This document shows positions 1 to 9,646 of a DNA stretch of 64,000 bases, one piece after another. A model generated the notes under the pieces. It ran no database searches. It saw only the letters and a program-made list of their open reading frames with translations, and was not told where the DNA came from. Source of the DNA: Deltaproteobacteria bacterium (GTDB taxonomy: Bacteria > Desulfobacterota > GWC2-55-46); assembly GCA_015075075.1 (NCBI GenBank), contig JABTVA010000001.1, positions 51,662 through 115,661 on the forward strand, given 5' to 3'. A program made the translations under genes and the position numbers. How positions within the stretch are numbered: position 1 is the first letter of the stretch; every line of letters starts with the position of its first letter.

Positions 1-504
1 CGGGCCTTCAACCTCTCCAACGATAACGCCGCCATCCCCTGCTACGGTAGCCAAAGGACCGTAAGCCGCATAAAAGCCACATTCGAGTATATCTTCAGGG
101 AAGACGGCAGGGACGGCTGGAAGCCGAACCTCTCGATACAGGCGGTCGAGGGGCCTTTCGAGCTGTTCGGCGAGAAGGTCGCTCCAGTGCCGGTCATGCA
201 CGGGCATTCAATGATCATGGGCTGGAGGGTCGGGCAGCTCGCTTACGTGACCGATTGCAGCGAGATACCCGAAAGCTCCTTCAACGCCCTCCTGGGCGCT
301 GAAATCCTTGTCCTCGGCGCATTAAGGCATAAGCCTCACCCCACTCACTTCACCATATCCCAGGCGCTCGAGGCCGCTAAAAAAATTGGCGCTCCGAGGA
401 CCATCTTCACCCACCTTAGCCACAACGTCCTCTATGAAAGGGACAGCAAGAACCTGCCCCCGGGAATCGAATTCGCCCACGACGGGCTTACAGCGGAGAT
501 ATAG
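1..504 (+). CDS. MBL-fold metallo-hydrolase (PhnP-like), 5'-partial; frame is open from position 1
   Basis: Frame 1 is open from nt 1 to the stop at 504. The C-terminal beta-lactamase-fold motifs (HGHSMIMGW...YVTDCS, THLSHN) are recognisable. Confidence 0.7.
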   Translation, partial: RAFNLSNDNAAIPCYGSQRTVSRIKATFEYIFREDGRDGWKPNLSIQAVEGPFELFGEKVAPVPVMHGHSMIMGWRVGQLAYVTDCSEIPESSFNALLGAEILVLGALRHKPHPTHFTISQALEAAKKIGAPRTIFTHLSHNVLYERDSKNLPPGIEFAHDGLTAEI

Positions 505-523
505 CAGGTTGCTGAAAAGACTT

Positions 524-553
524 GAGAGAACCTTTTTATAAAAAGGTTCTCTC
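524..553. terminator. Perfect hairpin GAGAGAACC-N12-GGTTCTCTC between convergent gene ends
   Basis: Inverted repeat seen in the sequence, AT-rich flanks, located between two 3' ends. Confidence 0.5.
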
Positions 554-841
554 AAACTCTTTCCAAAAATTTTTAGTTTCCCTGAGAGCCCCCCGAGTTT
601 GGGGGGCTCTCAGGGAAAGAACTACCTCCACCACTCTTCCGAAGCTCTCGTGCCCGATGACCAGGTCGTCGTAGCCTTCGGGCGGCGGGGCCTTGCCCTC
701 GGCTATACGCTCGCGGTCGGTGCCGCAGACGCCCACCCTCGAGACCAATATCTTCACCTGGTCCCCGGCCATGACGGCCGGCTCGGGCCGCTCTACAATC
801 CTAAGCTCCCTTCTGCCGGGAGAGTACGCTATGGCCTTCAT
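536..841 (-). pseudogene. N-terminal remnant of a Zn-dependent alcohol/threonine-type dehydrogenase (MDR family)
   Basis: MKAIAY...GDQVKILV..VGVCGTDRE...GHESFGRVVEV is the canonical MDR N-terminus. The ORF then runs into the terminator hairpins, and the Rossmann domain is missing. Confidence 0.5.
570..615. terminator. Second hairpin CCCTGAGAGCCCCCC-N-GGGGGGCTCTCAGGG
   Basis: 15-bp perfect inverted repeat, followed by A/T. Confidence 0.5.
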
Positions 842-863
842 CCGCCCGCCTCCTAAGGGCCTC

Positions 864-1223
864 CTACATCTCCAGGCCGTACATGGCCCGGTTGTTCTTG
901 AGGTAAAAGGCCCCTTTCACTATCCTGTAGATGACCCATACGGCCACGGCCAGGAGTATGAAATACCCTATTACGAGGAGATAGGTCAGGGCGCCTATGA
1001 CGGCCCAGAGTATACTGAACCAGAAGGTCCTTATCTGCCACCTGAAGTGCGACTCTATCCAGGTGCCTCTTACGTCCGAGGCCTTGACGTAATTGATTAT
1101 GACCGCGATTATGTATGTTATGCCTATGAAGAGGCCGATGGCCTGCAGGACATATACGGTTGCGGCTATCTTTTTGCCTGCGACCACGGTATCTTCGTAC
1201 GTGTCGACCGTTGTCCTTGGCAT
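864..1223 (-). CDS. Small integral membrane protein (3-4 TM, DUF4870-like)
   Basis: Hydrophobic segments. No confident family assignment. Confidence 0.45.
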   Translation of the reverse strand: MPRTTVDTYEDTVVAGKKIAATVYVLQAIGLFIGITYIIAVIINYVKASDVRGTWIESHFRWQIRTFWFSILWAVIGALTYLLVIGYFILLAVAVWVIYRIVKGAFYLKNNRAMYGLEM

Positions 1224-1368
1224 GGCATTACTCCTTTCCCCGTTTCATTTTAAGCGGGCAGGACCCTGCAATGACGGAAGGCCGCTTACCGTCCATATTA
1301 AAGTATAGCCCGTATTGAGCATAGATGGCCCGCAAACTTTGCGAAAACTGGTGGCGGGGAAAGAACGG

Positions 1369-1530
1369 CATGGCAGGGTGTTGAAAAACACCCTGCCATG
1401 CAATCCACGGATGGATTGCCGATTTGCGAAGGCTATCCGGGGCGAGCGATTTGTGAGGCTTGGACGGATTCATTCCGGCCAAGCCGTGGTTGAAAAAGTC
1501 CAGGAATGACTTTTTTCAACATCCTGTTAG
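1369..1530 (+). mobile_element. Family C MITE-like repeat, copy 1, about 160 bp, termini CAGGGTGTTGAAAAA / TTGAAAAAAGTC..CCTG
   Basis: About 85% identical to 41827-41990. Terminal inverted repeat plus internal hairpins (CAATCCACGGATGGATTG). Confidence 0.7.
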
Positions 1531-2372
1531 TTGAGTTTAGAGCCGCAGCATTTGCAGAAGACCGCGTCCGTGTCATGGCCTTCCGCGACGCACGACGGGC
1601 AGGCCTGGGTCGATTTCCTCGAGGCCGCCGCCTGCTGAACCATCTCGACGGTGACTATGCCGGTGGGGATGGCGATTATCCCGTACCCGATTATCATGAC
1701 CGCCGTGGCAAGCCCCATGCCGAGCGCGGTCTTGGGCGCGATGTCGCCGTAACCCACGGTCGTGAGCGTCACCACGCACCAGTATACGCTCCTTGGGATG
1801 CTGGTGAAGCCGTTCTCCTCGCCCTCTATGAGGTACATGAGTGAGCCGAGGACGACGACGAGGTTCATGACCGCAAAGAGGAACACGGATATCTTCTTCC
1901 TGCTGGCATTGAGCGCCCTTATGATATAAGCGCCCTCGTCCATGTACTCGAAGAGCTTGAATGTGCGGAATATGCGGAGCACCCTGAGCACCCGGACCAC
2001 CATCAGGTAGCGGCCGCCCGGAAGGAGGAGGTCGATATAGGTCGGGATTACGGCAAGGAGGTCTATTATGCCTAAGGTGCTTGTAGCGTATTTGAGGGGC
2101 CTTGCGACGCAGACGAGCCTCAAGGCGTATTCTATGGTGAAAAGGACGGTGAAGAACCACTCGGCTACATATAGCGCGGTCCCGTATTCCTCGGAAATCC
2201 AGGACACGCTGTCGAGCATCACCACAAGGACGCTCAAGAGTATGGCGGCTATGAGGGCCTTGTCGAAAAGCCTGCCGGCCGGAGTGTCGGCCTCGTATAT
2301 TACCTGGTGAAGGCCAGCCCTCCAGCCCGTCAGCACGCTTTTTCCGCGTATCGCGCCCGCTCTCCCGTCCAT
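1527..2372 (-). CDS. Voltage-gated K+ channel (6TM, TVGYGD selectivity filter, S4 with R-x-x-R repeats)
   Basis: TLTTVGYGD filter and RVLRVLRIFR voltage-sensor helix. Confidence 0.85.
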   Translation of the reverse strand: MDGRAGAIRGKSVLTGWRAGLHQVIYEADTPAGRLFDKALIAAILLSVLVVMLDSVSWISEEYGTALYVAEWFFTVLFTIEYALRLVCVARPLKYATSTLGIIDLLAVIPTYIDLLLPGGRYLMVVRVLRVLRIFRTFKLFEYMDEGAYIIRALNASRKKISVFLFAVMNLVVVLGSLMYLIEGEENGFTSIPRSVYWCVVTLTTVGYGDIAPKTALGMGLATAVMIIGYGIIAIPTGIVTVEMVQQAAASRKSTQACPSCVAEGHDTDAVFCKCCGSKLN

Positions 2373-2373
2373 C

Positions 2374-2673
2374 TCAGAATTCTATGAACTCGTGTCCGCA
2401 CCTGGGACAGTGCGCGGCGGATATGCTCACCTTCATCCTGCAGAAGCCGCAGGTCCTTGTGCCTCCGCCCACGAACCTCAGGCCCCTGTCCAGAAAGAGG
2501 GCGTGCGGCATGGCGATAACGAACGCCAGCGTGCCGTAGACCCACCATATAAGGAAACTCCGGCCCTTTTGCATGGCTATGAAAGCGGGCATTATCCCGA
2601 GCGAGACCGCTATTATGACTATGAGCGCTATCGTATGCATATCACTTCTCCCGGCCCGGTTTCCCCGGGCCAT
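2374..2673 (-). CDS. Small membrane protein with a C-terminal Cys4 zinc ribbon
   Basis: 2 TM segments, then CGFC...CPRC. Abuts the K-channel start by 1 nt. Confidence 0.45.
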   Translation of the reverse strand: MARGNRAGRSDMHTIALIVIIAVSLGIMPAFIAMQKGRSFLIWWVYGTLAFVIAMPHALFLDRGLRFVGGGTRTCGFCRMKVSISAAHCPRCGHEFIEF

Positions 2674-2687
2674 TTGCTTCCCTGCCC

Positions 2688-3926
2688 CTACTCCTCTTCC
2701 CCGGAGCCCAGCTCCAGGGACTTAAGCTCCGGAAGGGTAGAGCCTATTATGCCCTGCATGTCCCCGTACATGCCCGCAGTGTTGGCAACGGCCCTCTCGA
2801 GCTGCTTTTCCCTCCGCGCCCACACCTTGGTCATGGCCCTTTTCTCGGCCTCGAGCTCCTCCTTCAGCTCCTTGAAGGACTCCACTATCCCCTCGACCCT
2901 CTGCCTGAAGCCCTGGCCGGAGAGATATGCGTATATGGCCTCCATCTTCTCGTTCTTCCCGATCGACGAAAGCCTCGCAAGAGACAGCTGGATGAGCCCG
3001 GCCCGGAGCACTTCCGCAAGGCAGCCCGCAAGGCCGACGACCGACACCCACACGCCGTCTATCTGGGCGAATGACGAGACCCCCTTTGGAAGGGCCTCGG
3101 TCACGAGTACCGCGACCTCGGCCTTTATGTCCCTCTGGTCGTCCTTGAGCTTCGCTATCCATTCGTCGTTCCAGGCCTTGGTCCTCTTGGACTCCCACAC
3201 GATCGAACCGCAGTGCTGGCCGGTCCGCGTGTATACCTTCTGGATTATGTCCGCGCCCCGTACGCCCTTTGGCACGGGCTCGATGATGTCCACCGGGAAC
3301 ATGGACTTCAGGAGAGCTTCGAGGTCGAGCTCCAGGACCTCGCCCTGGGCCTGCATGGAGCCCTGCTCGCCCTTACGCTTCAATTCCTCTATGGTCTTGA
3401 GCATGTCGCTTATCTTCTTGTCCTTCTCAAGGTCCTTGAGCCTGTGCTCCTCCGAAAACATCTCGAGGGCCGACTGGCGTATCTTCTCCCTCTCGGAGTC
3501 GATCTTCCTGGCCGCCTCGATATCGAGCGCCTTCTTCGCCTCCTCGAGCTCCCTCGCCTTCTTCCTCAGCTCAAGCTCCCTTTTCCGGGCGTCTTCAAGG
3601 AGCTCGTCCTTCCTGGCCTGCTCCTCTTTCATGTCCCTGAGCTCGGTCTCGAACCTCTCAAGGGCCTTTTTCCGCGCCTCCTCGACAAGCCTCGCCTTAT
3701 CGGCGGAGAGCCTGGACGCGACCGTGTCCTCGACCGCTTTCCTCGCCTCCTCCAGCTCCGAAAGCTTCTTACTGAGCTCCTCTTCCCTTTTCCGGACCTC
3801 CAGGTCCTTCCGGACGGCCTTCTCCTCGTACTCGGCCCGCAACCCCTCCTTGATGCGGTCCGAAAGCGCCTCTGTGAGCTGGAACTCGATATGACAGTTT
3901 GGACACTTTATCGTATGGTCGGACAT
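2688..3926 (-). CDS. DUF2130-family coiled-coil protein with an N-terminal CPNC zinc finger
   Basis: MSDHTIKCPNCHIEF N-terminus, about 200 aa of K/E-rich coiled coil, conserved C-terminal GS.VWESKRTKAW block. Stops with TAG. Confidence 0.55.
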   Translation of the reverse strand: MSDHTIKCPNCHIEFQLTEALSDRIKEGLRAEYEEKAVRKDLEVRKREEELSKKLSELEEARKAVEDTVASRLSADKARLVEEARKKALERFETELRDMKEEQARKDELLEDARKRELELRKKARELEEAKKALDIEAARKIDSEREKIRQSALEMFSEEHRLKDLEKDKKISDMLKTIEELKRKGEQGSMQAQGEVLELDLEALLKSMFPVDIIEPVPKGVRGADIIQKVYTRTGQHCGSIVWESKRTKAWNDEWIAKLKDDQRDIKAEVAVLVTEALPKGVSSFAQIDGVWVSVVGLAGCLAEVLRAGLIQLSLARLSSIGKNEKMEAIYAYLSGQGFRQRVEGIVESFKELKEELEAEKRAMTKVWARREKQLERAVANTAGMYGDMQGIIGSTLPELKSLELGSGEEE

Positions 3927-3966
3927 ATATGGAATGGGCGTCTTAAGGTTTGACTGCTAATCTTTT

Positions 3967-4068
3967 TGGTTTGTCATTCTGAGCGGAGCGAAGAATCTCT
4001 GAATCACTTGAATTCTGAAGTAAAACGAGATTCTTCGTCGCCTTCGGCTCCTCAGAATGACAATCTTG
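3967..4068. repeat. Family D palindromic hairpin repeat (GTCATTCTGAGCGGAGCGAAGAATCTC ... GAGATTCTTCG...CTCAGAATGAC)
   Basis: About 100-bp near-perfect inverted repeat. Related copies at 22.44, 28.40 and 32.80-33.17 kb. Confidence 0.7.
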
Positions 4069-4074
4069 GTCCTC

Positions 4075-4998
4075 TCAGTCCCTTGCCTCCGTTTCGAAGT
4101 GTTCGATATAGTCTATGGCTGACGCCGCGGCTATCGCGCCGTCGCCCACGGCTGTGGCGACCTGAAGAAGGGGCGTCGTGCGGCAGTCGCCTGCCGCGAA
4201 AACGCCCGGCATGCTCGTCTGGAGCTTTGCGTCGGTCTTTATAAAGCCCCTGTCGTCCTTGTCAACGTCCGCGAAGTCGGTCGTGGGGTTTATGCCCACG
4301 AATATGAAGACCCCCTCGACGTCTATGGATTTCTGCTCGCCTGTCTTGATGTCGTCGAGGAGGGCGCTCTTTACGAGCCCCGCTTCCTCTTTTATGTGCG
4401 TGAGGATGTGGCTCTTCAATATCTCTATATTGGGCGTGCTCTCGAGCTTCTCCTGGTGCATCTTCTCGGCCCTGAACCTGTCCCGCCTGTGGGAGATGTA
4501 GACCTTTGCCGCTATCCTCGAAAGGTAGACGGCCTCCTTTACGGCGGTATCGCCCCCGCCCACGACCAGTACCTTGAGGTTCCTGAAGAACGGGCCGTCG
4601 CAGGTGGCGCAGTAGGAGACGCCCTTCCCGGTAAGCTCCTTCTCTCCCGGAACGCCAAGCCTCTTGGGTTTTGCGCCGGTCGCTATTATAACGGCCTTGG
4701 CCCTTATTTCGCCTTCGGTGGTCTTCAAGACCTTGACGCCGCCTTCGAGCGCGATGTCGAGGACTCCGGCGAGCCTTATTTCAAGCCCCAGGCCGCGCGC
4801 GTGCTCCTCGAACTTTTCCATGAGCCCTGCGCCGCTTATGGACGGGAAACCGGGGTAGTTCTCTATAACGTCGCTTACGGCTATCTGGCCGCCAACCATC
4901 TGCTTCTCAAGGAGCACCGTCTTGAGCCTCGCCCTCTGCGCGTATATGCCAGCCGTGAGCCCGGCAGGCCCGCCCCCGATTATGACCAGATCGTACAT
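4075..4998 (-). CDS. trxB: Thioredoxin-disulfide reductase
   Basis: GGGPAG FAD motif, CATC redox-active site, GGGDTA NADPH motif. Confidence 0.9.
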   Translation of the reverse strand: MYDLVIIGGGPAGLTAGIYAQRARLKTVLLEKQMVGGQIAVSDVIENYPGFPSISGAGLMEKFEEHARGLGLEIRLAGVLDIALEGGVKVLKTTEGEIRAKAVIIATGAKPKRLGVPGEKELTGKGVSYCATCDGPFFRNLKVLVVGGGDTAVKEAVYLSRIAAKVYISHRRDRFRAEKMHQEKLESTPNIEILKSHILTHIKEEAGLVKSALLDDIKTGEQKSIDVEGVFIFVGINPTTDFADVDKDDRGFIKTDAKLQTSMPGVFAAGDCRTTPLLQVATAVGDGAIAAASAIDYIEHFETEARD

Positions 4999-5059
4999 CG
5001 CGTGAAAGCCTCCTTGTAATCGTCTTAAGAATAATCCTAAACCAGATAAGGGGTATAAT

Positions 5060-5923
5060 TCAAGGCAATCTATCTATGCCCCTTAGTATCCGCCTTGCCT
5101 CGGCGAGGTTCCTCAGATCGTCCTCGTCCGAGTCCTTCGGGGTCTCGAGTATCATGGGCACCTTCCTTATCTTCGGGTGGTTGAGGAAGTGCCTGAACGC
5201 CTCGGCCCCTATCGCGCCCTTGCCGATATCGGCGTGGCGGTCGAGCTTCGAGCCAAGTCCGCCCCGCGAGTCGTTAAGGTGTATGACCCGGAGGCTACCG
5301 CGCCCGGCCTCCGCCTCTATCCTCTTTGCGAGTGAATCGGCCTCCCGGGGGGTCGAAAAGGAATACCCGGCTGCGAAAGCATGGCACGTGTCGAAGCACA
5401 GGCCCGCATCGAGCCCGCTCTCCTTGGCGCCCCTTATTATCCGTCCGATGTCGTCGAGCCTGCTCCCGAAGCCCGGCCCATAGCCCGATGTGTTCTCAAG
5501 GAGGACGCGCGTGGTCCTGCCGAGGCCGCTTCTTGCGACCTCCAGAAGCGCGAGGGAGACCCTTTTCAGCGCGAACGCGGGGCCCATGTCCTGCGGGCTT
5601 CCGAGGTGCGTGACAAGGTAGTCGGCGCCTATGGCCTCGGCTATCCCCAGCTCCTTTTTGAACATGTCTATCGACTTGTGGAAGATGCCGTCGTCGGGCG
5701 CGGTAAGGTTTATGAGGTAGTTCGTATGGACGACCACCGGGAAGAGGCCGGCCTCCTTCCTCAGGGTCCTGAAGAGCCGGGCCTCGGCTTCGGGGAGGGG
5801 CGTGTATATCCAGCTCCTCGGGTTCCTGCCGAATATCTGCATGGCGTCGCACCCGAGCCGCCGGGCCCTCTCTACCGACTTCGATACCCCTCCGGCGATC
5901 GAGACATGGACGCCGAGCGGCAT
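5060..5923 (-). CDS. nfo: Endonuclease IV (apurinic/apyrimidinic endonuclease)
   Basis: Full-length TIM-barrel AP endonuclease 2 signature (HTNYLINL, HLNDS, ILETP). Confidence 0.9.
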   Translation of the reverse strand: MPLGVHVSIAGGVSKSVERARRLGCDAMQIFGRNPRSWIYTPLPEAEARLFRTLRKEAGLFPVVVHTNYLINLTAPDDGIFHKSIDMFKKELGIAEAIGADYLVTHLGSPQDMGPAFALKRVSLALLEVARSGLGRTTRVLLENTSGYGPGFGSRLDDIGRIIRGAKESGLDAGLCFDTCHAFAAGYSFSTPREADSLAKRIEAEAGRGSLRVIHLNDSRGGLGSKLDRHADIGKGAIGAEAFRHFLNHPKIRKVPMILETPKDSDEDDLRNLAEARRILRGIDRLP

Positions 5924-6903
5924 CAGCCCCTGCCCGCCTTGGCCTCGAGCCTTCTCCTTGCGGCGGACGAAAGGGCCGAGGACACGTTCTTGCTTTTGGC
6001 TATCGTCTGCAGGTCCTTCTCGAATACCGTATCGAGGAGCTTAAGGGAAATGGCGAGCGGCGTCTTGGGATTAGACAGCATCCCGACCCTTATCGTGTGG
6101 CTCTTCATCCATTCCTTATTCCGGGATATCTGGCGCAGCAGGTCGTCGCTCGTCCCTTTTGAAGCCGTCACCTTCTGGACCTCCTCCTCGGTGACCCTCG
6201 GGTTTTTGAGCACCGCTACCGAGATTATCTTGTTCGGGTCTTTTACAAGGAGCTCGCGCGCGGCCTTGTTCCCGCAAAGCGCGAGCTTCAATTTCTGGCC
6301 CATTGTCATGCTGGATACGGCCTTATAGAGGTTCTGCTCGTCAGCCTTGTCCTTCTTTTCGTCAAGGAGGTCTTTCTCTATCTGCTCTGAGGCCGAGGCG
6401 GCTGATTCGCCGGTTTTATTCGCCTCGGGATCAAGCAGGCGCTCTTCGAGGATGCCGGACATGGAAAGCGTCATGTGGGGGTTCTTTTTGAGCGCCTCTA
6501 CAAGGAAGGGCTTTCTCGAAAGTAAAGGGCCGTCCTCCGAGATCGCGGCCACGACCTCCTCCGGCCCGGTCTCGGCAAGAGACTTAAGCGTCTCGTCGTC
6601 GGTGCCCGGGTTGAGGGCGGCCATTATACGGAGCGAGTCGTCGTCCCTGAGCTCGAGCGCCTTTTTTATGACAAGCGGGTCGAGCTTCTCTTCAAGCGCC
6701 TTTATGAGGCCGTCAAGGGGGTACTCGCCGAGGCTCTTTTTTGCCGCGCCGGACACGGCCGGGTCCTTGTCAAAGCCCAGGACAAAAAGGACCGTCACCT
6801 CGTCGGAGGGAGGGAGCGCCTCGTCCCCGGCCCTTCTGGCCAGCGCGAGCCGCCCCTCGGGCGGCGCCTTGAAAAACCTGAGGAGCTCCTGCCTGACCTT
6901 CAT
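5923..6903 (-). CDS. Hypothetical protein (helical repeat, acidic)
   Basis: ORF shares 1 nt with the nfo start. No recognisable motif. Confidence 0.5.
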   Translation of the reverse strand: MKVRQELLRFFKAPPEGRLALARRAGDEALPPSDEVTVLFVLGFDKDPAVSGAAKKSLGEYPLDGLIKALEEKLDPLVIKKALELRDDDSLRIMAALNPGTDDETLKSLAETGPEEVVAAISEDGPLLSRKPFLVEALKKNPHMTLSMSGILEERLLDPEANKTGESAASASEQIEKDLLDEKKDKADEQNLYKAVSSMTMGQKLKLALCGNKAARELLVKDPNKIISVAVLKNPRVTEEEVQKVTASKGTSDDLLRQISRNKEWMKSHTIRVGMLSNPKTPLAISLKLLDTVFEKDLQTIAKSKNVSSALSSAARRRLEAKAGRG

Positions 6904-6907
6904 CCCT

Positions 6908-9010
6908 TCACTCAGCCTTTTCCTTCTCCGGCCTGTGCGCGGCTATTATCTTCTGGCGGAGGTACGTCGGCACCTCCTCGTAGTGCGAGAACTCCATCGT
7001 GAATATGCCCCTGTCGCCTGTCATTCCGCGGAGATCAGTCGCGTATGTAATGACCTCCGCCATTGGCACGAGGGCCCTTATGGTCTGGCTGCCTGCCTTG
7101 GGTTCGGCGCCCAGTATCTTCCCGCGCCGCGAGTTTATGTCTCCGATAACGTCCCCGAGCTTCTCCTCCGGCACGCCTATCTCCATCCTCATGACGGGTT
7201 CGAGTATGACCGGGTTGGCCTCCTCGATCCCCTTCTTGAAGCCCATTGACCCGGCTATCTTGAAGGCCATCTCGGACGAATCAACCGTATGGTAAGTGCC
7301 GTCGTAGAGGGCCACCCTCACGTCCACGACCGGGAACCCGGCAAGCACCCCGTGCCTCATGGCATCGATTATGCCCTTTTCGACCGCGGGTATGTACTGC
7401 CTCGGTATCGCGCCCCCGGTTATCTGGTCCACGAACTCGAATCCCTTGCCCCTGGGTAGCGGGCTTATGTCGAGCCAGGCGTCCCCGTACTGCCCCCTGC
7501 CGCCCGACTGCTTCTTGTATTTCCCCTGCACCTTCACGTGCGACCTTATGGTCTCCTTGTAGGGCACCATCGGGGTCTTGAGCTCCACCTCGCACCCGAA
7601 CTTCCTCTTAAGCTTCTCTACGGACACCTCGATGTGCACCTGCCCCACGCCGGAGAGGAGGAATTCGTGCGTCTCCTCTTCCATCCTGAAATCCATGCTC
7701 GGGTCCTCCTCCATGAGCTTGGCTATGGCCAGAGGCGTCTTGTCCTCGTCCGCCTTGGTCTTCGGGTGGATGGCATAGGAGAGAGACGAGACGACCGGCG
7801 GGAACTGCCGGAACCTCACGGGCTCGGCGACGTCCGACAGGGTGTCCCCTATGTGGGTGTCCTTCAATTTCGAGACCGCCGCTATGTCCCCGGCCTCCAC
7901 CCTCCCCACCTCTTTAAGCTTCTTCCCCTCCATGAGGTAGAGGTGGCTTATCTTCTCCTTTATGTCCCTCGTGGGGTTGAGGACGGTAGAGTCGGCGTGA
8001 AGGGACCCGGAGAAGACCCTGAATATGGAGAGCTTCCCGGTGTAGGGGTCGATGAGCGACTTGAAGACGAACGCCGAGAAGGGCTCCTCTACCCTGGGCT
8101 CCCGCTCTATTTCCTCCCCGGTCCTCGGGTCAACGCCCCTTATGTGCCCCCGGATGGCGCCCTTGTCGAGCGGCGAAGGCAGGTTCCCGTTCACCGCGTC
8201 CATCAACAGATTCACGCCCATGTTCTTGAGGGCGGAGCCCAGGTAGACCGGGATGAACCTCCTTGTGAGGACCCCTTCTCTCAGGGCCTTAAGTAGCTCC
8301 TCTTCCGATATCCTGTCGCCGTTAAGGTATTTCTCCGTAAGCGCCTCGTCCGATTCGGCCACCGCGGCTATCATGTTCTCCCTCATGGCCGCGGCCTCGG
8401 ATTCGAGCTCTTTCGGGACCCCGCCGATTTCGAACCCTCCGGAGCCGTCGTCCTTGTAAATGTATGCCTTCATGGAGACCAGGTCCACGAGCCCCCTGAA
8501 GCCGTGCCCCTCGCCTATGGGTATCTGCATGGGCACGCCCTTGACCTTGAGGACCTTCTCCATGTCGTCCACGGCCCTCAGATAGCCCGCCCTCTCGCGG
8601 TCCATCTTGTTGACGAAGGCTATGCGCGAGACCTCGAACTCGTCCGCGAACTCCCAAATCTTTTCAGTCTGGACTTTCACGCCGGATATGGCGCTAAGGA
8701 TGACCACGGCCCCGCCGACCACCCTGAGCGAGTCCCTGGTCTCGGTGAGGAAGTTCGAATACCCCGGGGTGTCTATCACGTTCACCCGGCAGCCGTCCCA
8801 GTCGTAGTGGTGTATGGCCGCGGAAATGGTGATCTTCCGCTTCTGCTCCTCGGGCTCGAAGTCGAGGTGCGAGGTGCCGTCGTCCACCCTGCCGAGCCTG
8901 TCGACCGCCCCGGCGTTGAAGAGCATCGCCTCAGCGAGGGAGGTCTTGCCCGCGCCGCCGTGCGCGATGACGGATATGTTCCTCTTTTTTTCCAGCGAGA
9001 CTTCCATCAA
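6908..9010 (-). CDS. Elongation factor G-like translational GTPase (EF-G paralog with atypical G1 motif AHGGAGKTS)
   Basis: G1-G4 motifs (HGGAGKTS, DTPG, NKMD), domains II-V. The G1 diverges from canonical fusA AHIDAGKTT. Confidence 0.85.
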   Translation of the reverse strand: MMEVSLEKKRNISVIAHGGAGKTSLAEAMLFNAGAVDRLGRVDDGTSHLDFEPEEQKRKITISAAIHHYDWDGCRVNVIDTPGYSNFLTETRDSLRVVGGAVVILSAISGVKVQTEKIWEFADEFEVSRIAFVNKMDRERAGYLRAVDDMEKVLKVKGVPMQIPIGEGHGFRGLVDLVSMKAYIYKDDGSGGFEIGGVPKELESEAAAMRENMIAAVAESDEALTEKYLNGDRISEEELLKALREGVLTRRFIPVYLGSALKNMGVNLLMDAVNGNLPSPLDKGAIRGHIRGVDPRTGEEIEREPRVEEPFSAFVFKSLIDPYTGKLSIFRVFSGSLHADSTVLNPTRDIKEKISHLYLMEGKKLKEVGRVEAGDIAAVSKLKDTHIGDTLSDVAEPVRFRQFPPVVSSLSYAIHPKTKADEDKTPLAIAKLMEEDPSMDFRMEEETHEFLLSGVGQVHIEVSVEKLKRKFGCEVELKTPMVPYKETIRSHVKVQGKYKKQSGGRGQYGDAWLDISPLPRGKGFEFVDQITGGAIPRQYIPAVEKGIIDAMRHGVLAGFPVVDVRVALYDGTYHTVDSSEMAFKIAGSMGFKKGIEEANPVILEPVMRMEIGVPEEKLGDVIGDINSRRGKILGAEPKAGSQTIRALVPMAEVITYATDLRGMTGDRGIFTMEFSHYEEVPTYLRQKIIAAHRPEKEKAE

Positions 9011-9045
9011 ACCACCTCCTCCGGGTTGAGGGTCTCACGTATATT

Positions 9046-9177
9046 GGAAACCTCTAAAAATTAGGGATTTTTCCGCTTTTCCGGAAGGCCGGGGATTAAA
9101 AGCGAGCATATATGACAAATGTGAGCTTTTGTTCCCGGCCTGACAAGAATCCGGAAAGATCGTTTTCGGAGGTTGCC
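9046..9177 (+). mobile_element. Family B MITE-like repeat, copy (termini GGAAACCTCTAAAAAT ... CGGAGGTTGCC, core AGCATATATGACAAATGTGAGC)
   Basis: Shares the core and termini with 12283, 22583, 30128, 32554 and 50635. Confidence 0.7.
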
Positions 9178-9178
9178 A

Positions 9179-9646
9179 TTACCTGTTTTTCTTTTTTCCC
9201 AGGAGGCCCGGTATCGTCCTCCTCAGGAGTATCCCGAGGAACTTATTGAGCGGGTTGGACCTGTCGAGGACCGGGATGACCGGCCTGTTCCTGAACCCGA
9301 GCTGTATGAGGAGCGAGTTCATCTCCTCGTTCGCCGCATCGTACCTCAAGCCTTTCTTGAATACCTTAATGGCCCCCTTCTTATTCCCGGCGGCCATGTA
9401 GACCTTGCCGAGGTTCAAATAAAACTCGGCCCTGAAGAACTCCTTCTTTACGGCCCTGGTGCAGAACTCGAGGCCCAGGCCTATCTCCCCGGCCCTCATG
9501 GCCCTGACCATGCCGTAGTACGACATGTACTCGGGGTTCTCCTTGTCCTCTTTCCAGGCCTTGTCGAACGACTTCAGGGCCCTGTCCAGGTTGTCTTCCT
9601 TCAGAAATCGTTTTCCAGCGATGAAGTGTTCCCGGCCTTCAGACAT
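9179..9646 (-). CDS. TPR-repeat protein
   Basis: Tetratricopeptide-like helical repeats. Start abuts the coaX stop. Confidence 0.6.
   Translation of the reverse strand: MSEGREHFIAGKRFLKEDNLDRALKSFDKAWKEDKENPEYMSYYGMVRAMRAGEIGLGLEFCTRAVKKEFFRAEFYLNLGKVYMAAGNKKGAIKVFKKGLRYDAANEEMNSLLIQLGFRNRPVIPVLDRSNPLNKFLGILLRRTIPGLLGKKKNR

Noticed and set aside
2392-3894. 500-aa ORF on the plus strand (Ser/Ala-rich)
   Set aside because: It is exactly antisense to the DUF2130 gene. Its low-complexity composition is typical of shadow ORFs in GC-rich DNA.
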